The translations under genes were made by a program, and so were the position numbers. This document shows positions 23,344 to 31,754 of a DNA stretch of 34,449 bases, piece after piece. Source of the stretch: Eubacteriales bacterium. GTDB lineage: Bacteria; Bacillota; Clostridia; Oscillospirales; CAG-272. Under the pieces are notes generated by a model that was not told the origin of the DNA, searched no databases, and saw only the letters and a list, made by a program, of their open reading frames with translations. The DNA is taken from positions 1 to 34,449 of the forward strand of contig JAZOSC010000074.1 in NCBI GenBank assembly GCA_045656925.1. Direction: 5' to 3'. Position 1 is the stretch's first letter. Each line of letters begins with the position of its first letter.

Positions 23344-25638
23344 ATGTTGAAAAAAACATTGGCATTTCTGCTTGCACTGCTAATCCTGACCGTGCCGCTT
23401 ACCTTGCTTGGCTGCCAAGCAGATGATACCGATACCGACATCGAGGAGGACGATCCCCTGGCGGTGCCAGACCAAGCCCTTTCCTTTGCACTGCTTGAGG
23501 ATGGCACGTGGAGCGTTTCAAAGGGTGGATTAGGCTATAAAAAGGAAATCGTCATCCCTGCCGAGCATGAAGGACGCGCCGTCACTAAAATTGCCGCAAG
23601 CGGCTTTTCAGGCGCACTCGCCGAAAAGATTACCGTACCGAGCAGCATCGTTTCAATTGGCACAGGTGCCTTCAAAAATTGCATTAATCTGACCGCGCTT
23701 ACCCTGCCCGAGCATATAAAAAGCATCCCCTCCGAGGCCTTTCTCGGATGCATTTATCTGCAAAGCTTTACCGTACCGCGCGACGTTACCGAAATAGGCG
23801 ACAGCGCCTTTCAGAAATGCACCGCTCTGACAAGCTTCACCGTGCCGGAGGGTGTTATTTCTCTTGGCAATAACGTCTTTTATGATTGCAGCTCGCTCGC
23901 CTCTGTTTCTCTGCCCTCAACGTTGCAAACGGTTGGCTCAAAGGCCTTTGCCATCATTGGCGAAGAGACGCTTGAATCCCCCCACGCGCTCGAGTACAAT
24001 GTCTTTGAGGGAGATTTATATCTCGGCAACACTGCCAATCCCAGATTGGTGCTCATTCAATGCACAACCAACGCAGACACCTACACCATGCATGCCAACA
24101 CCCGTATTATTTACGATTCCGCCTTCGCCACACTGCCGCTTTCGTCTATTACACTGCACGAGAATATCACCGACATCGGTGCCTACGCCTTTTCACAGTG
24201 TAAAAATCTTAAAAGCATTGATATCCCCTCGATAGTAAAGACAATCGGAGAATATGCCTTCTACCGCTGCAGCTCTCTCACAACCGTGCTTGGGTTTACA
24301 GGCGTTGAGGTCATCGGTGACAACGCCTTTGACTATTGCAGCAGTTTGAAAAGCATTACCCTCGGTGACAATTTACGCATCGTCGGCGAGAATGTTTTCC
24401 GCAGCACCAGCTCCCTGCAAACAACGACCTATCAGAATATTTCCTACATCGGCAGTGCCGAGAACCCGTATCTGCTCCTTTACCGTGTTAACAACAGAAA
24501 TGAAAGCAGCTATACGCTTCACCGGGACACCAAAATCATTTATCCCTCCGCCTTTTCAAGCTGTAGACTGGTCGAGGAAATTGAGCTGCCGCACGGTATT
24601 ACGCGCATTGGAAAATCCGCCTTCAGCGGTTGCACCAATCTGTTTGCCCCGACAATCCCCGATTCCGTTACAGTAATCGGAGATTACGCTTTCCGCAACT
24701 GTAAGCGCTTTTACACCGTTGTGCTTCCGCAAAGCATCACTCATATCGGTCTGGGCGCATTTGAAGGATGCAGCAACATTTCCGCGATAAGCGTTCCCTT
24801 TGTGGGGCAGGCGGCAAACGGATCCGGCAACAAATATTTCGGCTATATTTTCGGTGCGAAAGAAAGCAGCGCCCATCTAACCAAAATTTCCGACAATTTA
24901 AAAAGCATTACTGTAACGGGCGGTACGACTATCGGCAATTCAGCCTTCAGCCATTGTAAGAGCCTAGAAACAATCAAGCTTCCCCCCACCTTGAAGGTCA
25001 TTCATTCCGGCGCATTCTTTTTGGACAAAAGCATCAAGCAGGTAGAAATTTCAGATCTGGCCGCATGGTGCAACATCAAAATGAGCTCTACCGATGCCAA
25101 TCCCCTCACCTATGGTGCAAAGCTTCTCCTGAACGGAGAGGAGATTTCTGAGCTGATTATTCCCGACGGTGTCACAGAAATCTCGCCCTTCACCTTCAAC
25201 GGCTGTAAGAACATCACCTCACTCTCGATGAGCAAGGACGTAAGTAAAATCGGAGAGGGAGCCTTCCGGAACTGCAGCGCATTGCAGAAGGTCACACTGG
25301 GGGACGGCGTTACCGTTCTGCGCCCCTCCGCGTTCTATGGCTGTGAAGCGCTGACCAAGGTCACGCTCTCCGACAATCTGACAGAAATCGGCAGCTCTGC
25401 CTTCCGCAACTGTAAATCACTGCGGAAAATTGTTCTCCCCTCCACTCTCACACGCATTGACGACCGTGCCTTCAAGGGCTGCGAAGACCTCTCCTCCGTT
25501 CGCTTCCGCAAGGTCGGGCGCTGGGCCGTATCACAGCAACCGAAGGAGGCCGGCAAGTCGGTCTTTTTATGGTTCCCCTTACATAACGCAAAGCTTCTGA
25601 CCGAGAAGCACGCCAGTGGCTACTGGCTTCGTGCCTGA
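23344..25638 (+). CDS. BspA-type leucine-rich-repeat (LRR_5) surface lipoprotein
   Basis: Lipoprotein signal with lipobox LTLLGC. More than 15 degenerate ~23-25-aa repeats of the pattern IP.sVt.IG..AF..C..L.sv.l (for example VPSSIVSIGTGAFKNCINLTALTLP). Confidence 0.88.
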   Translation: MLKKTLAFLLALLILTVPLTLLGCQADDTDTDIEEDDPLAVPDQALSFALLEDGTWSVSKGGLGYKKEIVIPAEHEGRAVTKIAASGFSGALAEKITVPSSIVSIGTGAFKNCINLTALTLPEHIKSIPSEAFLGCIYLQSFTVPRDVTEIGDSAFQKCTALTSFTVPEGVISLGNNVFYDCSSLASVSLPSTLQTVGSKAFAIIGEETLESPHALEYNVFEGDLYLGNTANPRLVLIQCTTNADTYTMHANTRIIYDSAFATLPLSSITLHENITDIGAYAFSQCKNLKSIDIPSIVKTIGEYAFYRCSSLTTVLGFTGVEVIGDNAFDYCSSLKSITLGDNLRIVGENVFRSTSSLQTTTYQNISYIGSAENPYLLLYRVNNRNESSYTLHRDTKIIYPSAFSSCRLVEEIELPHGITRIGKSAFSGCTNLFAPTIPDSVTVIGDYAFRNCKRFYTVVLPQSITHIGLGAFEGCSNISAISVPFVGQAANGSGNKYFGYIFGAKESSAHLTKISDNLKSITVTGGTTIGNSAFSHCKSLETIKLPPTLKVIHSGAFFLDKSIKQVEISDLAAWCNIKMSSTDANPLTYGAKLLLNGEEISELIIPDGVTEISPFTFNGCKNITSLSMSKDVSKIGEGAFRNCSALQKVTLGDGVTVLRPSAFYGCEALTKVTLSDNLTEIGSSAFRNCKSLRKIVLPSTLTRIDDRAFKGCEDLSSVRFRKVGRWAVSQQPKEAGKSVFLWFPLHNAKLLTEKHASGYWLRA

Positions 25639-25666
25639 TTAAAAATTATTTTATCTGAAGCAGCAG

Positions 25667-25695
25667 TTACATTTTTGATACGCTTGCAATATAAT
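25667..25695 (+). promoter_or_regulatory. Sigma-A type promoter of nagB
   Basis: TTACAT (25667-25672), a 17-nt spacer, then TATAAT (25690-25695). Confidence 0.5.
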
Positions 25696-25747
25696 TATGA
25701 TGTGCACCCACGGCATCACCAAATAAGCCTATGAGGAGAACGTGATT

Positions 25748-26467
25748 ATGAACGTGATTGTTTGCAAAAGCTACGATGAAATGTCCCTTTGCTCTGCAGA
25801 GCTGCTGGCCGAAATAATCAAGACGAAGCCCAACTGCGTGCTCGGCCTTGCAACAGGCTCCACTCCCGTCGGTCTTTACCAACATCTCATCAAAATGAAT
25901 CAGCAGGGCAAAATCAGCTTTAAAGAGGTGACCACCGTCAATCTTGACGAGTATTACCCCATTTCCCCCACCGATGAGCAAAGCTACCGCTACTTTATGG
26001 ATAAGCATCTCTTTGATCATATCGATATTGACAAAGCAAAAACCGCCGTGCCCGACGGCACGGCAGCTGATCCTTGTGCGGCGTGTCGCGATTACGAGGA
26101 AATGATTTCCTTGCTCGGGGGGATTGATGCACAGATTCTCGGTGTTGGCCGCAACGGCCACATCGGCTTCAACGAGCCTGCTGCGGCACTCCTGCCCGAC
26201 ACCCACGTAACCGATCTCACCCCCTCTACCATTGAGGCAAACGCCCGTTTTTTTGCCGATGAGGCAGATGTGCCGCGCCGTGCGCTCACAATGGGCATTG
26301 GCTCTATCTTCAAGGCAAGCAAGGTTATTCTGATGGCCTCGGGCGCTGAAAAAAAGGCCGCTGTTTCGGCCCTGCTTGCACGCAAGCTCCGCACCGACTT
26401 CCCCGTCACCCTGCTGAATCTTCACCCCGACGTTACGCTGATTTGCACTGCCGACACAATCGAGTAA
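25748..26467 (+). CDS. nagB: Glucosamine-6-phosphate deaminase
   Basis: MNVIVCKSYDEMS...VLGLATGSTPVGLY...TVNLDEYY...GIGRNGHIGFNEP matches NagB, including the N-terminus of the B. subtilis enzyme. The ATG at 25748 lies 9 nt after the RBS GAGGAG. The GTG at 25742 given in the ORF track is too close to the RBS. Confidence 0.93.
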   Translation: MNVIVCKSYDEMSLCSAELLAEIIKTKPNCVLGLATGSTPVGLYQHLIKMNQQGKISFKEVTTVNLDEYYPISPTDEQSYRYFMDKHLFDHIDIDKAKTAVPDGTAADPCAACRDYEEMISLLGGIDAQILGVGRNGHIGFNEPAAALLPDTHVTDLTPSTIEANARFFADEADVPRRALTMGIGSIFKASKVILMASGAEKKAAVSALLARKLRTDFPVTLLNLHPDVTLICTADTIE

Positions 26468-26498
26468 CGCCAGCACCCTTCACCGCATATCAATTCTC

Positions 26499-26536
26499 AA
26501 TCGGGTGGTGCATTTTGCACCTCCCGATTTATTTTT
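26499..26536 (+). terminator. Rho-independent terminator of nagB
   Basis: Stem AATCGGGTGGTGC (26499-26511) / GCACCTCCCGATT (26517-26529) with one mismatch and loop ATTTT, followed by TATTTTT. Confidence 0.75.
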
Positions 26537-26546
26537 CAAAAAGGGG

Positions 26547-26575
26547 TTTACAAACACCCATAGCTTGTGTATAAT
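26547..26575 (+). promoter_or_regulatory. Sigma-A type promoter of the cysES T-box leader
   Basis: TTTACA (26547-26552), a 17-nt spacer, then TATAAT (26570-26575). Confidence 0.6.
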
Positions 26576-26581
26576 AATATA

Positions 26582-26827
26582 AGAATATCGGTGAACGGGA
26601 AAAGGCCCTCGCCAGCTGTCACAGAGAGTGCCGCCACGGCTGTAAGCGGCGCACGGCAAGGGGGAGATGTGCACCCGGGAGATGCCTTGACGAATATGTG
26701 GGAGTCGGGGCCGTATGTCCGCGTTAAGGACAGCCATTGTCAGACGGCATGAGGGGACGCTTGTCCCGAAGCAGAGTGGAACCGCGGTATCACCGCCTCT
26801 GTACCATTGGTACAGGGGTGTTTTTTT
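26582..26827 (+). promoter_or_regulatory. T-box riboswitch leader, cysteine-specific (specifier UGC)
   Basis: Stem I carries the AGAGAG bulge (26623-26628). Helix CCCTCGCC (26606-26613) / GGCAAGGG (26655-26662). The specifier loop ends in UGC-A (26670-26673) before helix CCCG (26674-26677). The T-box sequence AGAGTGGAACCGCGG lies at 26773-26787. A terminator hairpin at 26794-20 is followed by a T7 run at 26821-26827. Confidence 0.85.
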
Positions 26828-26851
26828 ATCAATATTTACGGGAGGTTGATT

Positions 26852-27604
26852 ATGCATCTTGACTACAACAATTTAGCCAAGGGCGCTGCCCTTTTAGGCG
26901 ACGCACTGCAAAAAACAGCCAAGGATGTTCTGCGCGGCACGCGCAAGTTTATCCGAGAGGTGCAATACGACGTAAATGCCTTCCGTCAGCGTGATCCCGC
27001 CGCCAAAAGCGATGCGGAGATTCTGCTGCTCTATTCGGGCTTACACGCGCGAACCGCACACCGCATCTCGCACATGCTGCACCAAAAGGGCTATACCTTT
27101 GCCGCACGCGCCATCAGCCAGAGCGCCAAAATGATTACAGGAATTGAAATTCACCCCGGTGCCACCATCGGGCGCGGTCTGGTTATTGACCACGGCACGG
27201 GCGTTGTCATTGGTGAAACGGCAGAAATCGGTGATAACTGCACCATTTATCAGGGTGTCACGCTGGGTGGCACAGGCAAGGATGTTGGCAAACGTCATCC
27301 TACGCTGGGTAACGGCGTCATGATCGGTGCAGGTGCCAAGGTGCTTGGCCCGCTGACCATTGGCGATAACGCAAAGATTGCTGCGGGTGCCGTCGCCCTG
27401 CACGATATCCCCGCAGGCAGCACCGCCGTAGGCATTCCTGCACGCGTTGTCAGCATCGGCGGTGTACGCGTAACCGAGGATCTTGACCAGATTCATATTC
27501 CCGACCCCGTCAAGGAGGAGCTTTCCGCGCTTGGCGATGAGCTGAAGGCACTGCGACTTGAGCTTGAAAAGCTGAAAATATCAACCGAACAGGCAACAGA
27601 TTAA
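26852..27604 (+). CDS. cysE: Serine O-acetyltransferase
   Basis: Hexapeptide-repeat left-handed beta-helix (GIEIHPGATIGRGLVIDHGTGVVIGETAEIGDNCTIYQGVTLGG...RHPTLGNGVMIGAGAKVLG). The ATG at 26852 lies 6 nt after GGAGG. The longer ORF start at 26807 lies inside the T-box terminator. Confidence 0.92.
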   Translation: MHLDYNNLAKGAALLGDALQKTAKDVLRGTRKFIREVQYDVNAFRQRDPAAKSDAEILLLYSGLHARTAHRISHMLHQKGYTFAARAISQSAKMITGIEIHPGATIGRGLVIDHGTGVVIGETAEIGDNCTIYQGVTLGGTGKDVGKRHPTLGNGVMIGAGAKVLGPLTIGDNAKIAAGAVALHDIPAGSTAVGIPARVVSIGGVRVTEDLDQIHIPDPVKEELSALGDELKALRLELEKLKISTEQATD

Positions 27605-27617
27605 AAGGAGCACCGTT

Positions 27618-29069
27618 ATGATTCTTTACAACACTGCCACACATAAGCGAGAGGAATTCGTTCCGCACGTTGAGGGCAAGGTCAGCATTTATACCTGCGG
27701 CCCCACCGTCTATCACTACGCACACATCGGCAACCTGCGTACCTACATTATGGAGGATATCCTTGACCGTTATATGCGCTACCAGGGCTACGATGTTACG
27801 CGCGTAATGAACATTACCGACGTCGGACACCTCTCAAGCGACGGTGACACGGGCGAGGACAAGATGCTGAAGGGCGCCAAGCGCGAAAAGAAAACCGTGA
27901 TGGAAATCGCGCAATATTATACCGATTGCTTTTTTGCCGATTGCCAAAAGCTGAATATCCGCCGCCCCGATATTATCGACCCTGCAACCGCCTGCATTGA
28001 CGAATTTATCAAGGTCATTTCCGCTCTGATTGAAAAGGGCTACGCATATGAGGCGGGCGGCAATATCTACTTCGATACCTCAAGGCTTGAGCAGTACTAT
28101 ATCTTCAACGATTTCAACTCCGAGGACCTCGCTGTCGGCGTACGCGAGGGCGTTGAGGAGGACGGCAACAAAAAGAACAAGGCTGACTTTGTGCTCTGGT
28201 TTACCAAATCCAAATTTGAAGACCAGGAGTTGAAATGGGACAGTCCCTGGGGCATCGGCTATCCGGGCTGGCATATTGAATGCTCCTGCATTGCCATGAA
28301 GCACCTTGGTGAGCACCTTGATATTCACTGCGGCGGCATCGATAACGCATTCCCCCACCACACCAACGAAATTGCACAAAGTGAGGCATACCTCGGCCAC
28401 AAATGGTGCAACTATTGGATGCACGTCCTTCACCTCAACACCGACAGCGGCAAGATGTCCAAATCCAAGGGCGAATTTCTCACAGTATCGCTTCTTGAAA
28501 GCAAGGGCTATGCACCGCTTGCCTACCGCTTCTTCTGCCTTGGCTCACACTATCGCCGTTCCCTCGTTTTCTCATACGAAAATCTGGATAACGCCGTCGC
28601 TTCCTTCGGCAAGCTGCTGGGCCGTATCGCACAGCTTCAGCCTGCCGCCGACGAGGCAGTTGACGGGGCCGTACTGACCGAGCTGAAGGCGAAATTCCGC
28701 GCCGCGCTGGATAACGACCTCAATACCAGCCTGGCATTGACCGCACTTTACGACGTGCTCAAGGCAAAAACCAACGCCGCAACCAAGCGTGCCGCTATTG
28801 CTGATTTTGATACCGTTCTGGCTCTCGACCTGCTCGAAACCGCTGACAGACTGGCAAAGGAGAAGGCAGACGAAGCTGCAAGAGCCACCGTACGCATTTA
28901 CTCCGATGATCCCGCCATCCGCGCCATTGAAGAAGCAATTGATGCACGTGCAGCCGCCAAAAAGGCGAAAAATTTTGCAGAGGCTGACCGTATCCGTGCC
29001 GAGCTACTCGCACAGGGCATTGTGCTGACCGACACCAGAGAGGGCACGACCTGGGTAAAAAATAACTAA
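27618..29069 (+). CDS. cysS: Cysteine--tRNA ligase
   Basis: Class I motifs HIGN (YHYAHIGNLRTY) and KMSKS, plus Zn/cysteine-site residues (CGPT..., HIECS). RBS AAAGGAG lies upstream. Confidence 0.95.
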   Translation: MILYNTATHKREEFVPHVEGKVSIYTCGPTVYHYAHIGNLRTYIMEDILDRYMRYQGYDVTRVMNITDVGHLSSDGDTGEDKMLKGAKREKKTVMEIAQYYTDCFFADCQKLNIRRPDIIDPATACIDEFIKVISALIEKGYAYEAGGNIYFDTSRLEQYYIFNDFNSEDLAVGVREGVEEDGNKKNKADFVLWFTKSKFEDQELKWDSPWGIGYPGWHIECSCIAMKHLGEHLDIHCGGIDNAFPHHTNEIAQSEAYLGHKWCNYWMHVLHLNTDSGKMSKSKGEFLTVSLLESKGYAPLAYRFFCLGSHYRRSLVFSYENLDNAVASFGKLLGRIAQLQPAADEAVDGAVLTELKAKFRAALDNDLNTSLALTALYDVLKAKTNAATKRAAIADFDTVLALDLLETADRLAKEKADEAARATVRIYSDDPAIRAIEEAIDARAAAKKAKNFAEADRIRAELLAQGIVLTDTREGTTWVKNN

Positions 29070-29118
29070 AACAACGCGCCTTATTTTTGGAGAATTTACA
29101 CAAAATTACAAAAAGCAC

Positions 29119-29147
29119 TTGCTTTTTAAAGTAACACATGCTATACT
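29119..29147 (+). promoter_or_regulatory. Sigma-A type promoter (extended -10) of a small lipoprotein gene
   Basis: TTGCTT (29119-29124), a 17-nt spacer, then TATACT (29142-29147) preceded by TGc. Confidence 0.5.
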
Positions 29148-29183
29148 AAACTTACTTATATTGCATAACGGAGGACATCATTT

Positions 29184-29588
29184 ATGAAAGTCTTTGCTCG
29201 CATTCTTTCTGTCATTCTCATCGTACTTATGCTTACCATTACACTTGCCTCCTGCGCGCGCGTGCCAGAGGGCGAATATATCCGTGGCAACAAGGTGCTT
29301 GAAGGCTATTATGAAGGCTTCACCTTTGATGGCAAAAATTTCTCCTTTGAGGTCTACCGTGGTTATCAGCGTGAAGAAGCACTCTGCTATTCAGGCACAT
29401 ACAAGCTGAAGAAGGACAAGGAAAAATCCGATAAAGAAAACGGCATTACCGCAGGCATTATTACCCTGACCTACGTTGACGCCGCAGGCAACGAGGTTGT
29501 TGTGGAAAAGGAATACTACCGCGAGGAAACCGAAAAAAATAATTTCATCAAAATCGGTGATTTGTTCTACCATCTCGAATTATCATAA
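29184..29588 (+). CDS. Small hypothetical lipoprotein (134 aa)
   Basis: Signal peptide with lipobox LASC (MKVFARILSVILIVLMLTITLASC). RBS GGAGG lies upstream. The mature part is rich in Y, E and K, and I recognise no family. Confidence 0.7.
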   Translation: MKVFARILSVILIVLMLTITLASCARVPEGEYIRGNKVLEGYYEGFTFDGKNFSFEVYRGYQREEALCYSGTYKLKKDKEKSDKENGITAGIITLTYVDAAGNEVVVEKEYYREETEKNNFIKIGDLFYHLELS

Positions 29589-29608
29589 ACCAAATCTTAT
29601 CTGAAAAA

Positions 29609-29639
29609 AGCCGATGGCGCAACGCCATCGGCTTTTCTT
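29609..29639. terminator. Bidirectional hairpin terminator between convergent genes
   Basis: Stem AGCCGATGGCG (29609-29619) / CGCCATCGGCT (29623-29633), flanked by an A-run on the left and TTTCTT on the right. Confidence 0.75.
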
Positions 29640-29662
29640 ATTACAAAGGGTGCTTTCAGGCC

Positions 29663-31063
29663 CTATACTCCTGCGCGCTCACGCAGCTTCCACACCGTGC
29701 TTTTTCCCTCTCCTTCGGAAACAACAATCCCCTCCTGCCGCATTTCGGCAAGATACTGCTTGACACGGGAAAGTGAAATCCCCAATGCCGCCGAAATTTG
29801 TCCCGCACGGGCAAAAATAACTGCGGTCAGATGCTCTGCCAACAGCTGCTTGGCCACGGCAGGCGGCATAGAACGATGCGTAGGCGCCTGCTTTTCGCGC
29901 ACCGCCGCGCGGGAAACAGGCAAGGTCAGCGTCGTACATTCCGGCTCAAAGCATTCGGAAAAATACGGTGTCGGATGCCCCCCTGCGCGCCATGCGCCAA
30001 GCATACGCGGAATACCGCCACCGATGCCTGCACCCACACCAATCATCACAAACATATGCGACAGTGCCTTATTACGCACGTCGGATACGCCGCCTTGACG
30101 GGCGCTGCCGGGATCAATACGAAATCCACCGGGGTTTGAAAAGCGCAGGGCGATGTCATTTTTCTCCACCCGTATGCCCCCGATACCGCAATAATCTGCA
30201 TTGACAATACAGTTGCAAAGCGCCTCCGTCACAGCGGAAAAGGTAAGCTTCGCGCGCGGCAGCACACCGCGCAGCCGTTGCGTTGCCGTATGATAGAACT
30301 CAAACAAATTTTCGCAAAGCAATTCGCTCCGTGCGGCCTCACCCAGCTGCAATTTCAAGGCATATTGAGGGAAAACACGCACAATCTCCTCATAACGGCC
30401 AAACATCAGCAGTCCTGCTGCACTTGGATGAAGTAACCCGTCCTCGCCCGTGCCTGCCGCATTTAACTGTATCAGAAGCTCATGGTGACTGCAACGCTCC
30501 AAAGCATGCCCCGGGCGCAGGGTATGGATCAGCTCCCGATAAGCTGTAATGCTTTCCTTTTTCAAAGCATCCAATCGCAGCGCATGCAGCAGCTGCATAT
30601 CCTGCGTGCGCGTTGCGGCATCACGCCGCATCGCAGCAATTTCCTCGGGCGTACAGCGGTAATCGCCCTCTCCGCCACGGCGATAGGTTCCGTTCCACAC
30701 GTTATTTTCTATATACACGGGCTTATCCGCGCGGTGTGCGCGCGGCACCTCTATTACAACGATGCGCTTACCGTCTACACGTGACACGTATACATTTTTA
30801 CGTGTCAGAATATTAACACTGACACGGCGCGGGTTATTTAATCCGCGCCAGAGCTTCTCAATCAGTGCCTGCGGATTGGGCAAATCCACTGCGTGAAAGG
30901 ATTTGTCGCGGTGCTCCTCTACGCCAAGCAAAATCACACCACCCATGGTGTTTGCAAAGGATGAATAGGTTTCCCATACACTATAAGGCAGGCCACCAAG
31001 CGCACGCTTGGCCTCAATGCGATTATTTTCACGGTATGCTTCGATTTTTTGAAGATCGATCAT
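29663..31063 (-). CDS. AlbA_2 (Schlafen-like 'divergent AAA') / HATPase_c_4 / C-terminal wHTH protein, often annotated 'RecG-like putative DNA-binding protein'
   Basis: The N-terminus IEAKRALGGLP...ANTMGGVILLGVEE...RIVVIEVPRA is the AlbA_2 signature. The middle region with NADYCGIGGIRVEKNDIALRFSNPGG is GHKL/HATPase-like. The C-terminus ISAALGISLSRVKQYLAEMRQEGIV is a wHTH. The ATG at 31063 is preceded by the RBS GAGGGGGTGGGG, and the predicted promoter excludes the longer start. Confidence 0.75.
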   Translation of the reverse strand: MIDLQKIEAYRENNRIEAKRALGGLPYSVWETYSSFANTMGGVILLGVEEHRDKSFHAVDLPNPQALIEKLWRGLNNPRRVSVNILTRKNVYVSRVDGKRIVVIEVPRAHRADKPVYIENNVWNGTYRRGGEGDYRCTPEEIAAMRRDAATRTQDMQLLHALRLDALKKESITAYRELIHTLRPGHALERCSHHELLIQLNAAGTGEDGLLHPSAAGLLMFGRYEEIVRVFPQYALKLQLGEAARSELLCENLFEFYHTATQRLRGVLPRAKLTFSAVTEALCNCIVNADYCGIGGIRVEKNDIALRFSNPGGFRIDPGSARQGGVSDVRNKALSHMFVMIGVGAGIGGGIPRMLGAWRAGGHPTPYFSECFEPECTTLTLPVSRAAVREKQAPTHRSMPPAVAKQLLAEHLTAVIFARAGQISAALGISLSRVKQYLAEMRQEGIVVSEGEGKSTVWKLRERAGV

Positions 31064-31085
31064 GTTTCCCCACCCCCTCATCATG

Positions 31086-31114
31086 ATTGTACCACACTTC
31101 CCCAAAAAAGGCAA
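31086..31114 (-). promoter_or_regulatory. Sigma-A type promoter (extended -10) of the AlbA_2 gene
   Basis: On the minus strand, TTGCCT (31114-31109), a 17-nt spacer, then TACAAT (31091-31086) preceded by TGg. Confidence 0.5.
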
Positions 31115-31131
31115 TTAAAATTAAAAAAGAC

Positions 31132-31160
31132 TTGCAAAAAGGGGGGCAATGTGCTATACT
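31132..31160 (+). promoter_or_regulatory. Sigma-A type promoter (extended -10) of a small lipoprotein gene
   Basis: TTGCAA (31132-31137), a 17-nt spacer, then TATACT (31155-31160) preceded by TGc. Confidence 0.5.
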
Positions 31161-31193
31161 GATAGTACCAAAAAGTTTTAGGAGGAGCTTGTC

Positions 31194-31625
31194 ATGAAAA
31201 AGCTTGTACGTATTCTCTCCCTTTGCCTTGCTACCTTGATGCTTCTGACCGCACTCGTTTCCTGCGGCGCCCCGGCAAAAGATCCCGATAAGGCAGTTGC
31301 TGCCCTGGAAGAAGCAGAATTTTCTGCAACCAAGGATACAAAAATACAGCCTGCTGCACTTGCTCTCCTTGGCTACAAGGTAGATGCCGTGGTATCGGGC
31401 AGCAAGTCAACCACCAATGACGACGGCGACCTTATAATTGACTACGTCATCATTTATTACTTTACCGATAAGGAAAATGCAAAAAAAGCGATGACCGAAA
31501 TAGAAAAGCTTGCAAATGAGGATAAGGAAGCCAAGGATTCTACGGACAGCAAGTGGGTTGCCCCCACACGCTCGGGCAGTATTGTTTATTACGGCACCAA
31601 GGCTGCCGTAAAGGCCGCAAAATAA
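31194..31625 (+). CDS. Small hypothetical lipoprotein (143 aa)
   Basis: Signal peptide with lipobox LVSC (MKKLVRILSLCLATLMLLTALVSC). RBS AGGAGGAG lies upstream. I recognise no family. Confidence 0.7.
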   Translation: MKKLVRILSLCLATLMLLTALVSCGAPAKDPDKAVAALEEAEFSATKDTKIQPAALALLGYKVDAVVSGSKSTTNDDGDLIIDYVIIYYFTDKENAKKAMTEIEKLANEDKEAKDSTDSKWVAPTRSGSIVYYGTKAAVKAAK

Positions 31626-31642
31626 TTTCTGACATGAAAATA

Positions 31643-31669
31643 AAGGCGCATACGCGCCTTTATTTTTTT
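31643..31669 (+). terminator. Rho-independent terminator
   Basis: Stem AAGGCGC (31643-31649) / GCGCCTT (31654-31660) with loop ATAC, followed by TATTTTTTT. Confidence 0.75.
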
Positions 31670-31682
31670 GTCCCAAAGACTC

Positions 31683-31711
31683 TTGACCTTTTGTAGTCCG
31701 TCTGTTATAAT
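31683..31711 (+). promoter_or_regulatory. Sigma-A type promoter of the 378-aa lipoprotein gene
   Basis: TTGACC (31683-31688), a 17-nt spacer, then TATAAT (31706-31711). Confidence 0.55.
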
Positions 31712-31754
31712 AAAATAAATATCTGTGTCAATTTCGTTGAGGAGGTGTCGCATC

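Noticed and set aside
25667-26476. 269-aa minus-strand ORF
   Set aside because: It is codon-aligned antisense to nagB, which matches glucosamine-6-phosphate deaminase end to end.
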